IMG/VR virus record: IMGVR_UViG_3300031851_006073
Span: 1 to 60,799 of that record
Reading direction: 5' to 3' (one strand)
Length of the DNA stretch: 60,799 nucleotides
Origin: a virus
Taxonomy: Duplodnaviria > Caudoviricetes
The position numbers and the translations under genes were made by a program. How positions within the stretch are numbered: position 1 is the stretch's first letter; each line of letters begins with the position of its first letter. Below the pieces are notes generated by a model that was given only the letters and a program-made list of their open reading frames with translations, searched no databases and was not told the origin of the DNA. Positions 19,610 to 27,883 of this stretch are shown one piece after another.

Positions 19610-20562
19610 AAAGTAAAAAAGTTTTTGTAGCCGGCCACAAAGGAATGGTTGGGTCATCGGTTTTAAATAATTTAATCAAAAATGGTTATAAAAATCTACT
19701 AACCAAAACTCGCAGAGAATTAGATTTAACAAAACAAAAAGAAGTTGAATCTTTTTTTTGCAAAGAAAGACCCGAAGCTGTTGTTATATGCGCAGCAAAA
19801 GTTGGCGGTATTTTAGCGAACAGCAATTATCGCGCAGATTTTATATATCAAAATTTACAAATTGCATCTAATATAATATATGCTTCTCACAAATTTAATG
19901 TGAGTAAGTTAATTAATTTAGGCAGCTCATGCATATACCCCAAGAATGCAGACATTCCGATTAAAGAAGAAAGCTTACTAACAGATGTATTGGAAAAAAC
20001 AAATGAGCCATATGCGATCGCTAAGATAGCGGCGATTAAATTATGCGAAAGTTTTTACGATCAATATAAAAATAATTTTTATTCAGTCATGCCCTGCAAT
20101 ATGTACGGCCCTAGAGATAACTTTAACTTAAAAAGTTCTCACGTATTACCAGCTCTTATTAGAAAAGTTCATGAAGCAAAAGAAAATAATGCAAAAAATA
20201 TTGAAGTATGGGGCACAGGCAAACCCCTTCGTGAATTTTTGTATGTTGATGATTTAGCTAATGCGATAACATATTGCCTTGAATATGTCGATGCTAAGAA
20301 TATATATGATGAAAAAATTTCTCATATTAATTGTGGTTCTGAAGATGAAGTATCTATTCTTGAATTAGCGAATATAATACAAGACATAATCGGCTATCAA
20401 GGTGATATATTATTTGACTCATCTAAACCAGATGGAACTTATCGTAAAAAAATGGATAATAATAAATTATTAAAAATGGGATATAAGCCTACAACACCAC
20501 TTACAGACGGCATTAAAAAAACATGCTCTTGGTATATAGAAAATAAGCAAAAATTCGTGTAA
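19606..20562 (+). CDS. fcl: GDP-L-fucose synthase
   Basis: AGHKGMVG, AAKVGGI, LGSSCIYP, YAIAK, SHVLPAL, WGTGKPLREF. Confidence 0.95.
   Translation: MKSKKVFVAGHKGMVGSSVLNNLIKNGYKNLLTKTRRELDLTKQKEVESFFCKERPEAVVICAAKVGGILANSNYRADFIYQNLQIASNIIYASHKFNVSKLINLGSSCIYPKNADIPIKEESLLTDVLEKTNEPYAIAKIAAIKLCESFYDQYKNNFYSVMPCNMYGPRDNFNLKSSHVLPALIRKVHEAKENNAKNIEVWGTGKPLREFLYVDDLANAITYCLEYVDAKNIYDEKISHINCGSEDEVSILELANIIQDIIGYQGDILFDSSKPDGTYRKKMDNNKLLKMGYKPTTPLTDGIKKTCSWYIENKQKFV
20557..20561 (+). promoter_or_regulatory. GTGTA motif
   Basis: 10 nt before ATG 20572. Confidence 0.6.
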
Positions 20563-20571
20563 TAAATAACT

Positions 20572-21972
20572 ATGGAAAATGAATCTCACTCAGCTAAACG
20601 TCCTGGACCAAAGAGTTCAGCGCAAACACCCGCAAAAAAATCAGAAAAACGCAAAGGTTCAGATAAAAATAAGCCAGGTAGCGCAGGAGAAAAAGGCGGA
20701 AAAATTACCTTTTCAGAAAAAGTTCTAGAGTCCCTAAAATCTAAGGTAAAAGAACATAATGCTAAATACAGCAAAAAGGTTACACTTTCTCAATTAAAGA
20801 AAGTTTATCGCAGAGGCTCAGGAGCATTTTCTTCTAGCCATAGGCCAGGAAAAAGCAGAGGTCAATGGGCTATGGCTCGAGTGAATACATTCCTAAAAAT
20901 GGTTAGAGGCGGGAAAGTTAAAGATTCATACAGAAAAGCAGATCAAGATATCGCAAAAGCTTCTGCAAACGTTCTTATCGATGATGGCATAAGAGAAGAA
21001 AACTTTTTCACAGAAGAAGATTTTATTCAAGCAAAGTTAGATATTTACAATCATCAACTTCAAGAAGACCCAGAGTTTACAGATGAAATGTGGAGTACAA
21101 TTTTTATTGATGTTGATGAATTAGGTTTCGAAGAATATGTTAGCGAAGAAAGTTGGGCAGCAGAAGCTAATAAAGGGAAAAAGCTAAACAAACCTTTTAG
21201 AACGCCAAAAGGGCCAAAAAAGTTTTCTGTTTATGTTAAAAATGAAAAAGGCAATGTCGTTAAAGTAAATTTTGGTGATCCAAATATGGAAATAAAACGT
21301 GATAACCCTGGTCGCCGCAAAAATTTTAGAGCTCGTCATAACTGCTCTAATCCTGGTCCAAAAACAAAAGCTCGTTATTGGAGTTGTAAAATGTGGAGCA
21401 AAAAAAGTGTTACTAAAGTAACTAAAGGAGAAGAAGAAAACTTAGAAGAGTCCGAAGAATCTTCTGAAGCTGCTGAAGATTACATGAAAAAACCATTTAT
21501 GGATCATTGCGCAGGTTATGATAAAGATTTAGTAAATACAGCTGGAATGGATAAGGATAAAACATATGCTGCATGCGCTATGCAATACGATAAAATGAAA
21601 AGCTCTTTATACGAAAAAGGAGAGGCGGGTTTAACTGAAAAGCAAAAAAAATTACCTAAACCCCTACAAGATGCAATCCTCAAAAAACAAGGAAAAACTT
21701 CTGATGCAGGTCTCTGGGAAAACATTCAAAAAAAGAAAAAAAGAATGGGCAAAAACTATAAAACTGCAAAACCAGGAGATAAAGACTATCCTTCAAAAGA
21801 AGCCATCAAAAAAGCTCAATCTAAAAAAATGAAAAAAGATTATGCTAAAGAAGATTTCGAACCACATATGATGTATGACCCAAAAACAGGGAAAGGCTAT
21901 AAAGCAAAAACCTTAGAAGATCATCTTAAAATGAAAAAAATGGGCTATACCCACGAAAAACCTGAAAAATAA
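20572..21972 (+). CDS. Modular Lys-rich protein, possible internal head protein
   Basis: String of basic micro-domains (LKKVYRRG..SHRPG; FRARHNC..ARYWSC; GLWENIQ; PHMMYDP) separated by acidic linkers. Confidence 0.6.
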   Translation: MENESHSAKRPGPKSSAQTPAKKSEKRKGSDKNKPGSAGEKGGKITFSEKVLESLKSKVKEHNAKYSKKVTLSQLKKVYRRGSGAFSSSHRPGKSRGQWAMARVNTFLKMVRGGKVKDSYRKADQDIAKASANVLIDDGIREENFFTEEDFIQAKLDIYNHQLQEDPEFTDEMWSTIFIDVDELGFEEYVSEESWAAEANKGKKLNKPFRTPKGPKKFSVYVKNEKGNVVKVNFGDPNMEIKRDNPGRRKNFRARHNCSNPGPKTKARYWSCKMWSKKSVTKVTKGEEENLEESEESSEAAEDYMKKPFMDHCAGYDKDLVNTAGMDKDKTYAACAMQYDKMKSSLYEKGEAGLTEKQKKLPKPLQDAILKKQGKTSDAGLWENIQKKKKRMGKNYKTAKPGDKDYPSKEAIKKAQSKKMKKDYAKEDFEPHMMYDPKTGKGYKAKTLEDHLKMKKMGYTHEKPEK

Positions 21973-21975
21973 ATA

Positions 21976-22572
21976 TTGGACCTTATACAAGGAAAAGATA
22001 GAGTTGTTTTAATACTCTCTCACTTCTGGACTCCAATTAATATTACCACAGCGAAAGAAGGGATTCGAAAACTAATATCTTGCGGATCAATATCTGATAA
22101 AAATTCTTCTATCAAAGTTTTATCGCAATCAGGAGAGCCTCTATACTGGGAAGAATGGGTAGATGAAGAGCGGGCTACTTACTATAAAAATCAGCCATTT
22201 ATATCTTCATCAAATAAGCTATACCCAGTTCCTACTATATTGCTAACTACTGCAAAATGGGTTCACCAAACAAAGCAAAAACCTAATTTAAGATATTTAT
22301 ATAAAAGATATAAAGGTTGCTGCCAAATCTGTGGAGATAAGTTTGAAATAAAAGATACGACCATTGAACATATCTATCCCAAAAGCAAAGGAGGCACAAA
22401 AGAGAGTCATAATGTCACACTCACCTGTCAACCATGCAACTCGAAAAAGGCAGCGATATATCCATACAAAAACTATAGAGGCGAAGATTTAAAGCCTTCC
22501 TACCCTTACCCTTTCTTTCATCCCTTTCAAAAAGAGCGCGCTGAATGGAGAAATTTTCTTTTTAAAAAATAA
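21976..22572 (+). CDS. HNH endonuclease
   Basis: CQIC...EHIYPKSKGG...NVTLTCQPCN. Confidence 0.88.
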   Translation: MDLIQGKDRVVLILSHFWTPINITTAKEGIRKLISCGSISDKNSSIKVLSQSGEPLYWEEWVDEERATYYKNQPFISSSNKLYPVPTILLTTAKWVHQTKQKPNLRYLYKRYKGCCQICGDKFEIKDTTIEHIYPKSKGGTKESHNVTLTCQPCNSKKAAIYPYKNYRGEDLKPSYPYPFFHPFQKERAEWRNFLFKK

Positions 22573-22589
22573 TTGGCATAACTTTTGCA
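22573..22589 (+). promoter_or_regulatory. sigma54 (RpoN) -24/-12 promoter
   Basis: TTGGCATAACTTTTGCA = GG-N10-GC, in the intergenic space before hsp20. Confidence 0.65.
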
Positions 22590-22631
22590 AATATAATTTT
22601 ATTATACCTTAACCCCTAACAAATACATATT

Positions 22632-23084
22632 ATGTCATATTACTTCAAAAAAAATTCTAGACCAGATTCAAATAAAACAAAAACAACAATGAATCATCTA
22701 TTAAATGATTTATTCCTTAACTTCTCATCACCCGAAGAAACAGATCATTTTAATGATTTAGATGATTATCCAGTTCAAGCTAATGTTATTGCGAGAGAAA
22801 AAGAAACCGTAATAGAACTACTAACTCCAGGAATACCCAAGGAAGACATCAACATCGAATGCGACAACGGAAAGCTCTCTGTCTCTTATAAAACCCCAAA
22901 AGAAGAATCTATTGAAGGAGAGTATATTCAGCAACAAATCTTTAAAGATGGATTCAAGAATACATTTAAGCTTACGTCAGAATTGGATTCTGATAAAATA
23001 TCTGCATCAATGAACAACGGTATATTGCAAATTAAAATCCCTCGCAAAAAAGGAAAGTTATCAAATAAAATAAAAATTGATTGA
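22632..23084 (+). CDS. Small heat-shock protein (Hsp20/IbpA family)
   Basis: PGIPKEDINI...ASMNNGILQIKIP alpha-crystallin motifs. Confidence 0.9.
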   Translation: MSYYFKKNSRPDSNKTKTTMNHLLNDLFLNFSSPEETDHFNDLDDYPVQANVIAREKETVIELLTPGIPKEDINIECDNGKLSVSYKTPKEESIEGEYIQQQIFKDGFKNTFKLTSELDSDKISASMNNGILQIKIPRKKGKLSNKIKID

Positions 23085-23108
23085 CATTTCTGATATATTA
23101 TATATAAT
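23081..23108 (+). promoter_or_regulatory. sigma70-type promoter
   Basis: TTGACA-N16-TATAAT upstream of ATG 23121. Confidence 0.7.
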
Positions 23109-23120
23109 CTTACTTTAATT

Positions 23121-23771
23121 ATGAAAAAATTATTAATTACTGCTACCGCCATTACGGCGCTTTTTATTAACGCAGCTTACGCTGGATCAGGCTCTGTATC
23201 TCTTGGATATGGAAGCGACACATTCAACAAAGGTTCCTTACTAACAGAAGAAAGTTTCTCTGCTTCAGTGGGTTACAGTCAAGAAATTGAAAGTCTAACT
23301 CTTGAAGGTTCGGCATCTTCTTTTGACGAACTATCTGACGGACAAAGTGTTTATGTTTTTTCTGTAGGAGCTTCTTCCGAATTTGCAGATTTACTTAAAG
23401 TTTATGTGGGTCTTGAGCACGAAGAAGTTGTAAGCGGTCAAAGTCAACTCGATGCAGTTGTGAAATTGAGCTTAAATACTGTATTGTCGCCTTATGTATT
23501 AATTCAAAGAGATACAAGTGACAATAACTATGTGTTCGAAGGAGGAATGTCGCATGGCTTTGATTTGCAATTCGCAAACCTAACCATTGTCGGATCAGTC
23601 GGCAATGCAGATAGGTATGGGGTTGAAAATAATGATTATTATCAAGTCGGAGCAACTCTTTCAAAAAATCTAACTAATTCTATTGAAGGTTCTTTAGGGT
23701 ATGCGAGAGTTGACTCTGAATCTATGAATGGAGAGGATTTATTGTCCGCAGCATTTAACTTTTCTTTTTAA
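23121..23771 (+). CDS. Outer-membrane beta-barrel protein
   Basis: Sec signal ending AYA, amphipathic beta strands, C-terminal FNFSF BamA-type signal. Confidence 0.75.
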   Translation: MKKLLITATAITALFINAAYAGSGSVSLGYGSDTFNKGSLLTEESFSASVGYSQEIESLTLEGSASSFDELSDGQSVYVFSVGASSEFADLLKVYVGLEHEEVVSGQSQLDAVVKLSLNTVLSPYVLIQRDTSDNNYVFEGGMSHGFDLQFANLTIVGSVGNADRYGVENNDYYQVGATLSKNLTNSIEGSLGYARVDSESMNGEDLLSAAFNFSF

Positions 23772-23794
23772 GAAATCTAGTAAATGTTCCATAG

Positions 23795-23820
23795 GCCACC
23801 CAGAAATGGGTGGCTTTTTT
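23795..23820 (+). terminator. Rho-independent terminator
   Basis: GCCACCCA-GAAA-TGGGTGGC followed by T6. Confidence 0.88.
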
Positions 23821-23825
23821 GTGTA
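23821..23825 (+). promoter_or_regulatory. GTGTA motif
   Basis: Immediately after the terminator, 30 nt before ATG 23856. Confidence 0.5.
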
Positions 23826-23855
23826 ATTATAGTCTCTAAATATTATAATCCTACA

Positions 23856-26126
23856 ATGAAAAAACTAATTTTATTATTCCTATCATCAATCTATTGCTTC
23901 GGCGATAAACTTTACTTTAACAACGGAAAAGGTCTAAAAGGAGATGTTCTTGAGGCGAATGCGACTCACGCTCTAATAAAAAGATCAAGCGATTTGCAAC
24001 TATTCAAAATAGCAATAGATTCTTTAACAGAAGATAATCAGGCTTATATTAAAAACAACTTCCCGCCCAGTCACACAGCTTTGCCTAAATTCAAGAAACC
24101 TCTATCAGATAATGATTTAAATACTCATGCGAGGTACATCGACAGTTTAATTGAAGCAAAATTAAGATCATATAATCTAAGACCAAATAAAGAGGTTAAC
24201 GATGCTACGTTTTTACGTAGATCATATTTAAAAGTTATCGGACGAACACCATCCTTAATCGAAGTAGAAGCTTTTTTAAATAATAAGGATAAAAATAAAA
24301 GATCTCAGCTAATTGATCAACTTTTAGGGAGCGAAGGGTATGTAAGTCATTGGTTTAATTTCTGGGCGGATATCTTAAGAATAAAAGACAGGTTAAATAA
24401 TAGAGTCTCAGGAATACCATACAAAAATTATGTAAAAGAATTTATATCAAATAATAGACCATACGACGAATGGGTTAGAGAAATGCTTTCTTCGTCCGGA
24501 GCTCTTTGGGTAAAAGGGAACGAAGGGGTTAGTTATTTCGCTCGAGACGTAAACATGCCTCTCGACAACATGGCAAACACAGTGCGGGTTTTTCTTGGAA
24601 CTAGTCTTGAGTGCGCTCAATGCCACGATCACCCTTTTGATCGCTGGACACAAAAGCAGTTCTATGAAATGGCGGCATTTACCAGCGGATCAACAAACTT
24701 AAGAAGAAGAGGTGTCGACAATTTGGGTCAATTCAACAGGCTAGTTGGAGCCGAACAACGAAGGCTTGAAAAAGCAGGTGAACCGCAAAAATCCAGGCAA
24801 CTAAGAAATGAATCTAGATCTATTCAAGATGTCCTTCAAACAGGTCTTGATAGTTTAGGTTCTGGCAAAATTAATTTGCCAAATGATTATCAATACGATA
24901 ATGCAAAACCAAGCGAAGTACTTTCAGGAAAAACAATTTTTGGTCAAGAAATTAACATAAAAACTAAAACTCCAGAAGCAGGTTCTAGGGAAATTTACGC
25001 TAATTGGTTAGCGTCAGACTCTAATCCAAGATTTACTGCGGTAATTGTAAATCGCCTATGGAAAGAGGTTTTCGGCTTAGCTTTAATCGAGCCTCTAGAT
25101 AATATGTTTGATGATACATTAGCTACAGATGCAAAGCTGCAGCTTCATTTAGAAAAAGTTATAGTTGCGCTAGACTATGACTTGAAAGAGTTTCTCAGGA
25201 TACTTTATAATACAAAAACTTTTCAAAGACAATCTGTCATTAGAGATGTTATCCCAAAAGATAATAAAGATCAATCTATACCTATTGAGGTAAAATGGAT
25301 TGTAGCTGGCCCAGACCCAGAAAAACAATCAAAAAATGCAATACCTTATTTTTACCAAGGCCCAATACTTGAAAGAATGAGTGGCGAACAAATTTGGGAT
25401 TCATTAGTAAATTTAACGTTTAACGATATAGACTCCAGAAAGTTAGAGCAAAACACAAAAGGTTACGAACAGTTTGAAAATTTCTCACCTATGACTGGAG
25501 AAGAATTATTTCAAGATCTTATGGCCAAAATTAATAAAACAGAAAGGCCAAAAATGGCAAGCGAAACAAAGTTTTCGGAACCAATAAATACCGATTGCCC
25601 AATCAAACCTGGAAGAGCTATTGATCCAACCTTATTAGCTCTCAACGAAAATGGAGAAACAATTGCATTTTGCTGTGAATCTTGTGTTGATAAATTCAAA
25701 TCTCAACAACAATCCAAGCAAGATGAATATAAACAAAATCACGTGAAAGACCGCAACTCCGTAAGAGCTTCTGAATTACCCTCCCCCGCGCCCGTAGGGC
25801 ACCTTATTCGCGAGTTTGGCGGTTCAGACAGAGAGCAGATAGAAAACTCAAATAAAAGCGCTTCTGCAACGCAGGTGCTAAACCTACTCAATGGTTTTGT
25901 GGAAACTAGATTATTAAAAAATAAAAACTTTGAAATTATTAAAGCGATTGAATCTCAAAAATCGTTAAACGATAAAGTTAAAGTAGGATATAAATATATA
26001 TTGAACAGAGAACCTTCTTCAAAAGAAATGAAAATATTTACTGACAATATTAAAGATAAAAAAGAGGCATATAAGGAAATAATATGGACGTTAATCAATA
26101 CTCATGAATTTATATTTGTGAAATAG
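23856..26126 (+). CDS. DUF1549/DUF1553 (PSCyt2/PSD1) planctomycete-type cytochrome protein with SHD1-like and YHS-like domains
   Basis: Signal peptide MKKLILLF (start moved to 23856); FLRRSYL..GRTP, heme motif CAQCHDHP, VNRLW, CPIK...AFCCESC, terminal NTHEF. Confidence 0.85.
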   Translation: MKKLILLFLSSIYCFGDKLYFNNGKGLKGDVLEANATHALIKRSSDLQLFKIAIDSLTEDNQAYIKNNFPPSHTALPKFKKPLSDNDLNTHARYIDSLIEAKLRSYNLRPNKEVNDATFLRRSYLKVIGRTPSLIEVEAFLNNKDKNKRSQLIDQLLGSEGYVSHWFNFWADILRIKDRLNNRVSGIPYKNYVKEFISNNRPYDEWVREMLSSSGALWVKGNEGVSYFARDVNMPLDNMANTVRVFLGTSLECAQCHDHPFDRWTQKQFYEMAAFTSGSTNLRRRGVDNLGQFNRLVGAEQRRLEKAGEPQKSRQLRNESRSIQDVLQTGLDSLGSGKINLPNDYQYDNAKPSEVLSGKTIFGQEINIKTKTPEAGSREIYANWLASDSNPRFTAVIVNRLWKEVFGLALIEPLDNMFDDTLATDAKLQLHLEKVIVALDYDLKEFLRILYNTKTFQRQSVIRDVIPKDNKDQSIPIEVKWIVAGPDPEKQSKNAIPYFYQGPILERMSGEQIWDSLVNLTFNDIDSRKLEQNTKGYEQFENFSPMTGEELFQDLMAKINKTERPKMASETKFSEPINTDCPIKPGRAIDPTLLALNENGETIAFCCESCVDKFKSQQQSKQDEYKQNHVKDRNSVRASELPSPAPVGHLIREFGGSDREQIENSNKSASATQVLNLLNGFVETRLLKNKNFEIIKAIESQKSLNDKVKVGYKYILNREPSSKEMKIFTDNIKDKKEAYKEIIWTLINTHEFIFVK

Positions 26127-26488
26127 CCCCACTTCTTCTCTCTAAAAAAATATACCATATTTTTCTTCATATATAACCAACCAAATTTATCGGTATATAT
26201 GTAATCTTCATGCTCCGGAGTATTATATATCCAACCCAGTCTCTGAGAATACATCCAACACATAGAAGTCTTCTCTTTGTACGTTCCGTATACTTTGCCG
26301 ATATTTCTATAATTAAACCAAATGGGCTTAGGCTTTCTTTGACACATCCTTCTCCATTCTCCCAGATTTAAAGGTTGAGTATACTTGGCTTGCTCTTTGC
26401 ACCAATCACAATTATCTAAAAAATCTTGCCTTTGTAATCTAGCCCATAAAATACTGGGTATAACGAACATAAGTAATAAAAACCTCAT
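26102..26488 (-). CDS. Secreted protein with Trp/Gly (xGWxY) repeats
   Basis: Signal-like N-terminus, CDWC, repeats WMYSQRLGWIY / YIYTDKFGWLY; own GTGTA at 26498-26502. Confidence 0.65.
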   Translation of the reverse strand: MRFLLLMFVIPSILWARLQRQDFLDNCDWCKEQAKYTQPLNLGEWRRMCQRKPKPIWFNYRNIGKVYGTYKEKTSMCWMYSQRLGWIYNTPEHEDYIYTDKFGWLYMKKNMVYFFREKKWGYFTNINS

Positions 26489-26497
26489 TATATATGA

Positions 26498-26531
26498 TAC
26501 ACTTTCTGTTGACTTTTCTCAAAATTGTGTA
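26498..26531. promoter_or_regulatory. Back-to-back divergent GTGTA motifs
   Basis: tacac 26498-26502 (9 nt to ATG 26488) and gtgta 26527-26531 (10 nt to ATG 26542). Confidence 0.6.
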
Positions 26532-26541
26532 ATAATCTATT

Positions 26542-27834
26542 ATGAACTTTAATACAATAGATGAATTAGGAAGAAGAGAATTTATAGCTCATGCAGCTAA
26601 AGCGTGTTTCGGCGTGGGATTGATGCCGATGGCAGGAGCATATATACATAACAATGTTAGCGCTTTGAACCCTGGAGCAAGAGTTCCGACAGCAAGGCAC
26701 GTTATTTACTTAAACATGGGGGGAGCCATGTCTCACCTTGATACATTTGGACCAAAGCCAGATGCGCCAGATATCCAAGGCCCTACTAAATCTATTTCAA
26801 CAAGCGCAGACGGGGTAATTCTTTCTGAAAACTTGCCAAAAACTGCAGAACTCATGCATCACGCAGCAATAATTAAAACGATGAACACAAGCCAAGGGGC
26901 TCACGAACAAGCAAGTTATTTAATGCATACAAGCTACCTTAAACGAGGTACAATTGTTCACCCTACATTTGGTAGCTGGGTATCTAAACTTTCTGGCTCA
27001 ATTAATAGAACGATACCTAGTAACGTTAAAATAGGTGGGGGCGGAGGCGGCGCGGGCTTTTTAGAATCAAAATATGGAGCGTTACCAATTAACAATCCAA
27101 ACTCGGGATTAGCTAACAGCAAAATGGCTTCATACTTAGATCACGAGCATTTTCAAAGCAGAATATCTATTGCAGAAGCTTTGAATGAAAATTTCTCCAC
27201 TCAGTTTCCGCAGAAAAAAGTAAGAGCTTATTCCGACTTATATAAAGATGCAATTAAATTAATGAATAGCAATGATCTAAATGCTTTTGACATTACAAAA
27301 GAGCCAGAGTCAACAAGCAATCTTTATGGTCAAACTAATTTTGCAAAAGGATGCTTATTAGCAAGAAGGCTCGTAGAGCATGGCGTAAGATATGTTGAGG
27401 TAACAAGAGGGGGATGGGATACGCATGATAATAACTTTGATAGAGTAGCAGCAAATTGTACCGATATCGATCAAGCTCTAAGCGGTCTGTTAATTGATTT
27501 AAACCGAAGAGGTATGCTTTCTAACACCTTAGTAGTTTTAACTTCTGAATTTGGAAGAACTCCAAACATCAATGGAAGAGACGGAAGAGATCACTGGCCT
27601 TATTGTTTTACGGCTTTTTTGGCAGGAGGAGGAGTTAAGGGAGGAATGACTTATGGAGAAACCGACAAAACAGGCCGCACCCCCGTAGAAGGCAAGCCTG
27701 TTAAGCCTGAAGACTTGAATGCAACTATTGCACATACTTTGGGCTTATCATTAAATGATTACCAATACTCTCCTTCCGGAAGACCGTTTACAATAGCCCA
27801 TAAAGGCGAGCCTTTGCTTGATATCTTGGCATAA
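26542..27834 (+). CDS. DUF1501 family protein, Tat-exported
   Basis: GRREFI twin-arginine signal; GGAMSHLDTF, LLARRLVEHGV, GWDTH, SEFGRTP, GRDHW. Confidence 0.9.
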   Translation: MNFNTIDELGRREFIAHAAKACFGVGLMPMAGAYIHNNVSALNPGARVPTARHVIYLNMGGAMSHLDTFGPKPDAPDIQGPTKSISTSADGVILSENLPKTAELMHHAAIIKTMNTSQGAHEQASYLMHTSYLKRGTIVHPTFGSWVSKLSGSINRTIPSNVKIGGGGGGAGFLESKYGALPINNPNSGLANSKMASYLDHEHFQSRISIAEALNENFSTQFPQKKVRAYSDLYKDAIKLMNSNDLNAFDITKEPESTSNLYGQTNFAKGCLLARRLVEHGVRYVEVTRGGWDTHDNNFDRVAANCTDIDQALSGLLIDLNRRGMLSNTLVVLTSEFGRTPNINGRDGRDHWPYCFTAFLAGGGVKGGMTYGETDKTGRTPVEGKPVKPEDLNATIAHTLGLSLNDYQYSPSGRPFTIAHKGEPLLDILA

Positions 27835-27855
27835 AAAAGCCCCCTTACGGGGGCT
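27833..27855 (-). terminator. Rho-independent terminator between convergent genes
   Basis: AGCCCCC-GTAA-GGGGGCT followed by a T run on the minus strand. Confidence 0.85.
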
Positions 27856-27883
27856 AGAACATTTCTTTTGGAGTCGTTTGAAA

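Noticed and set aside
21976-22572. HNH gene as an intron-encoded homing element
   Set aside because: Free-standing; neighbouring genes are uninterrupted
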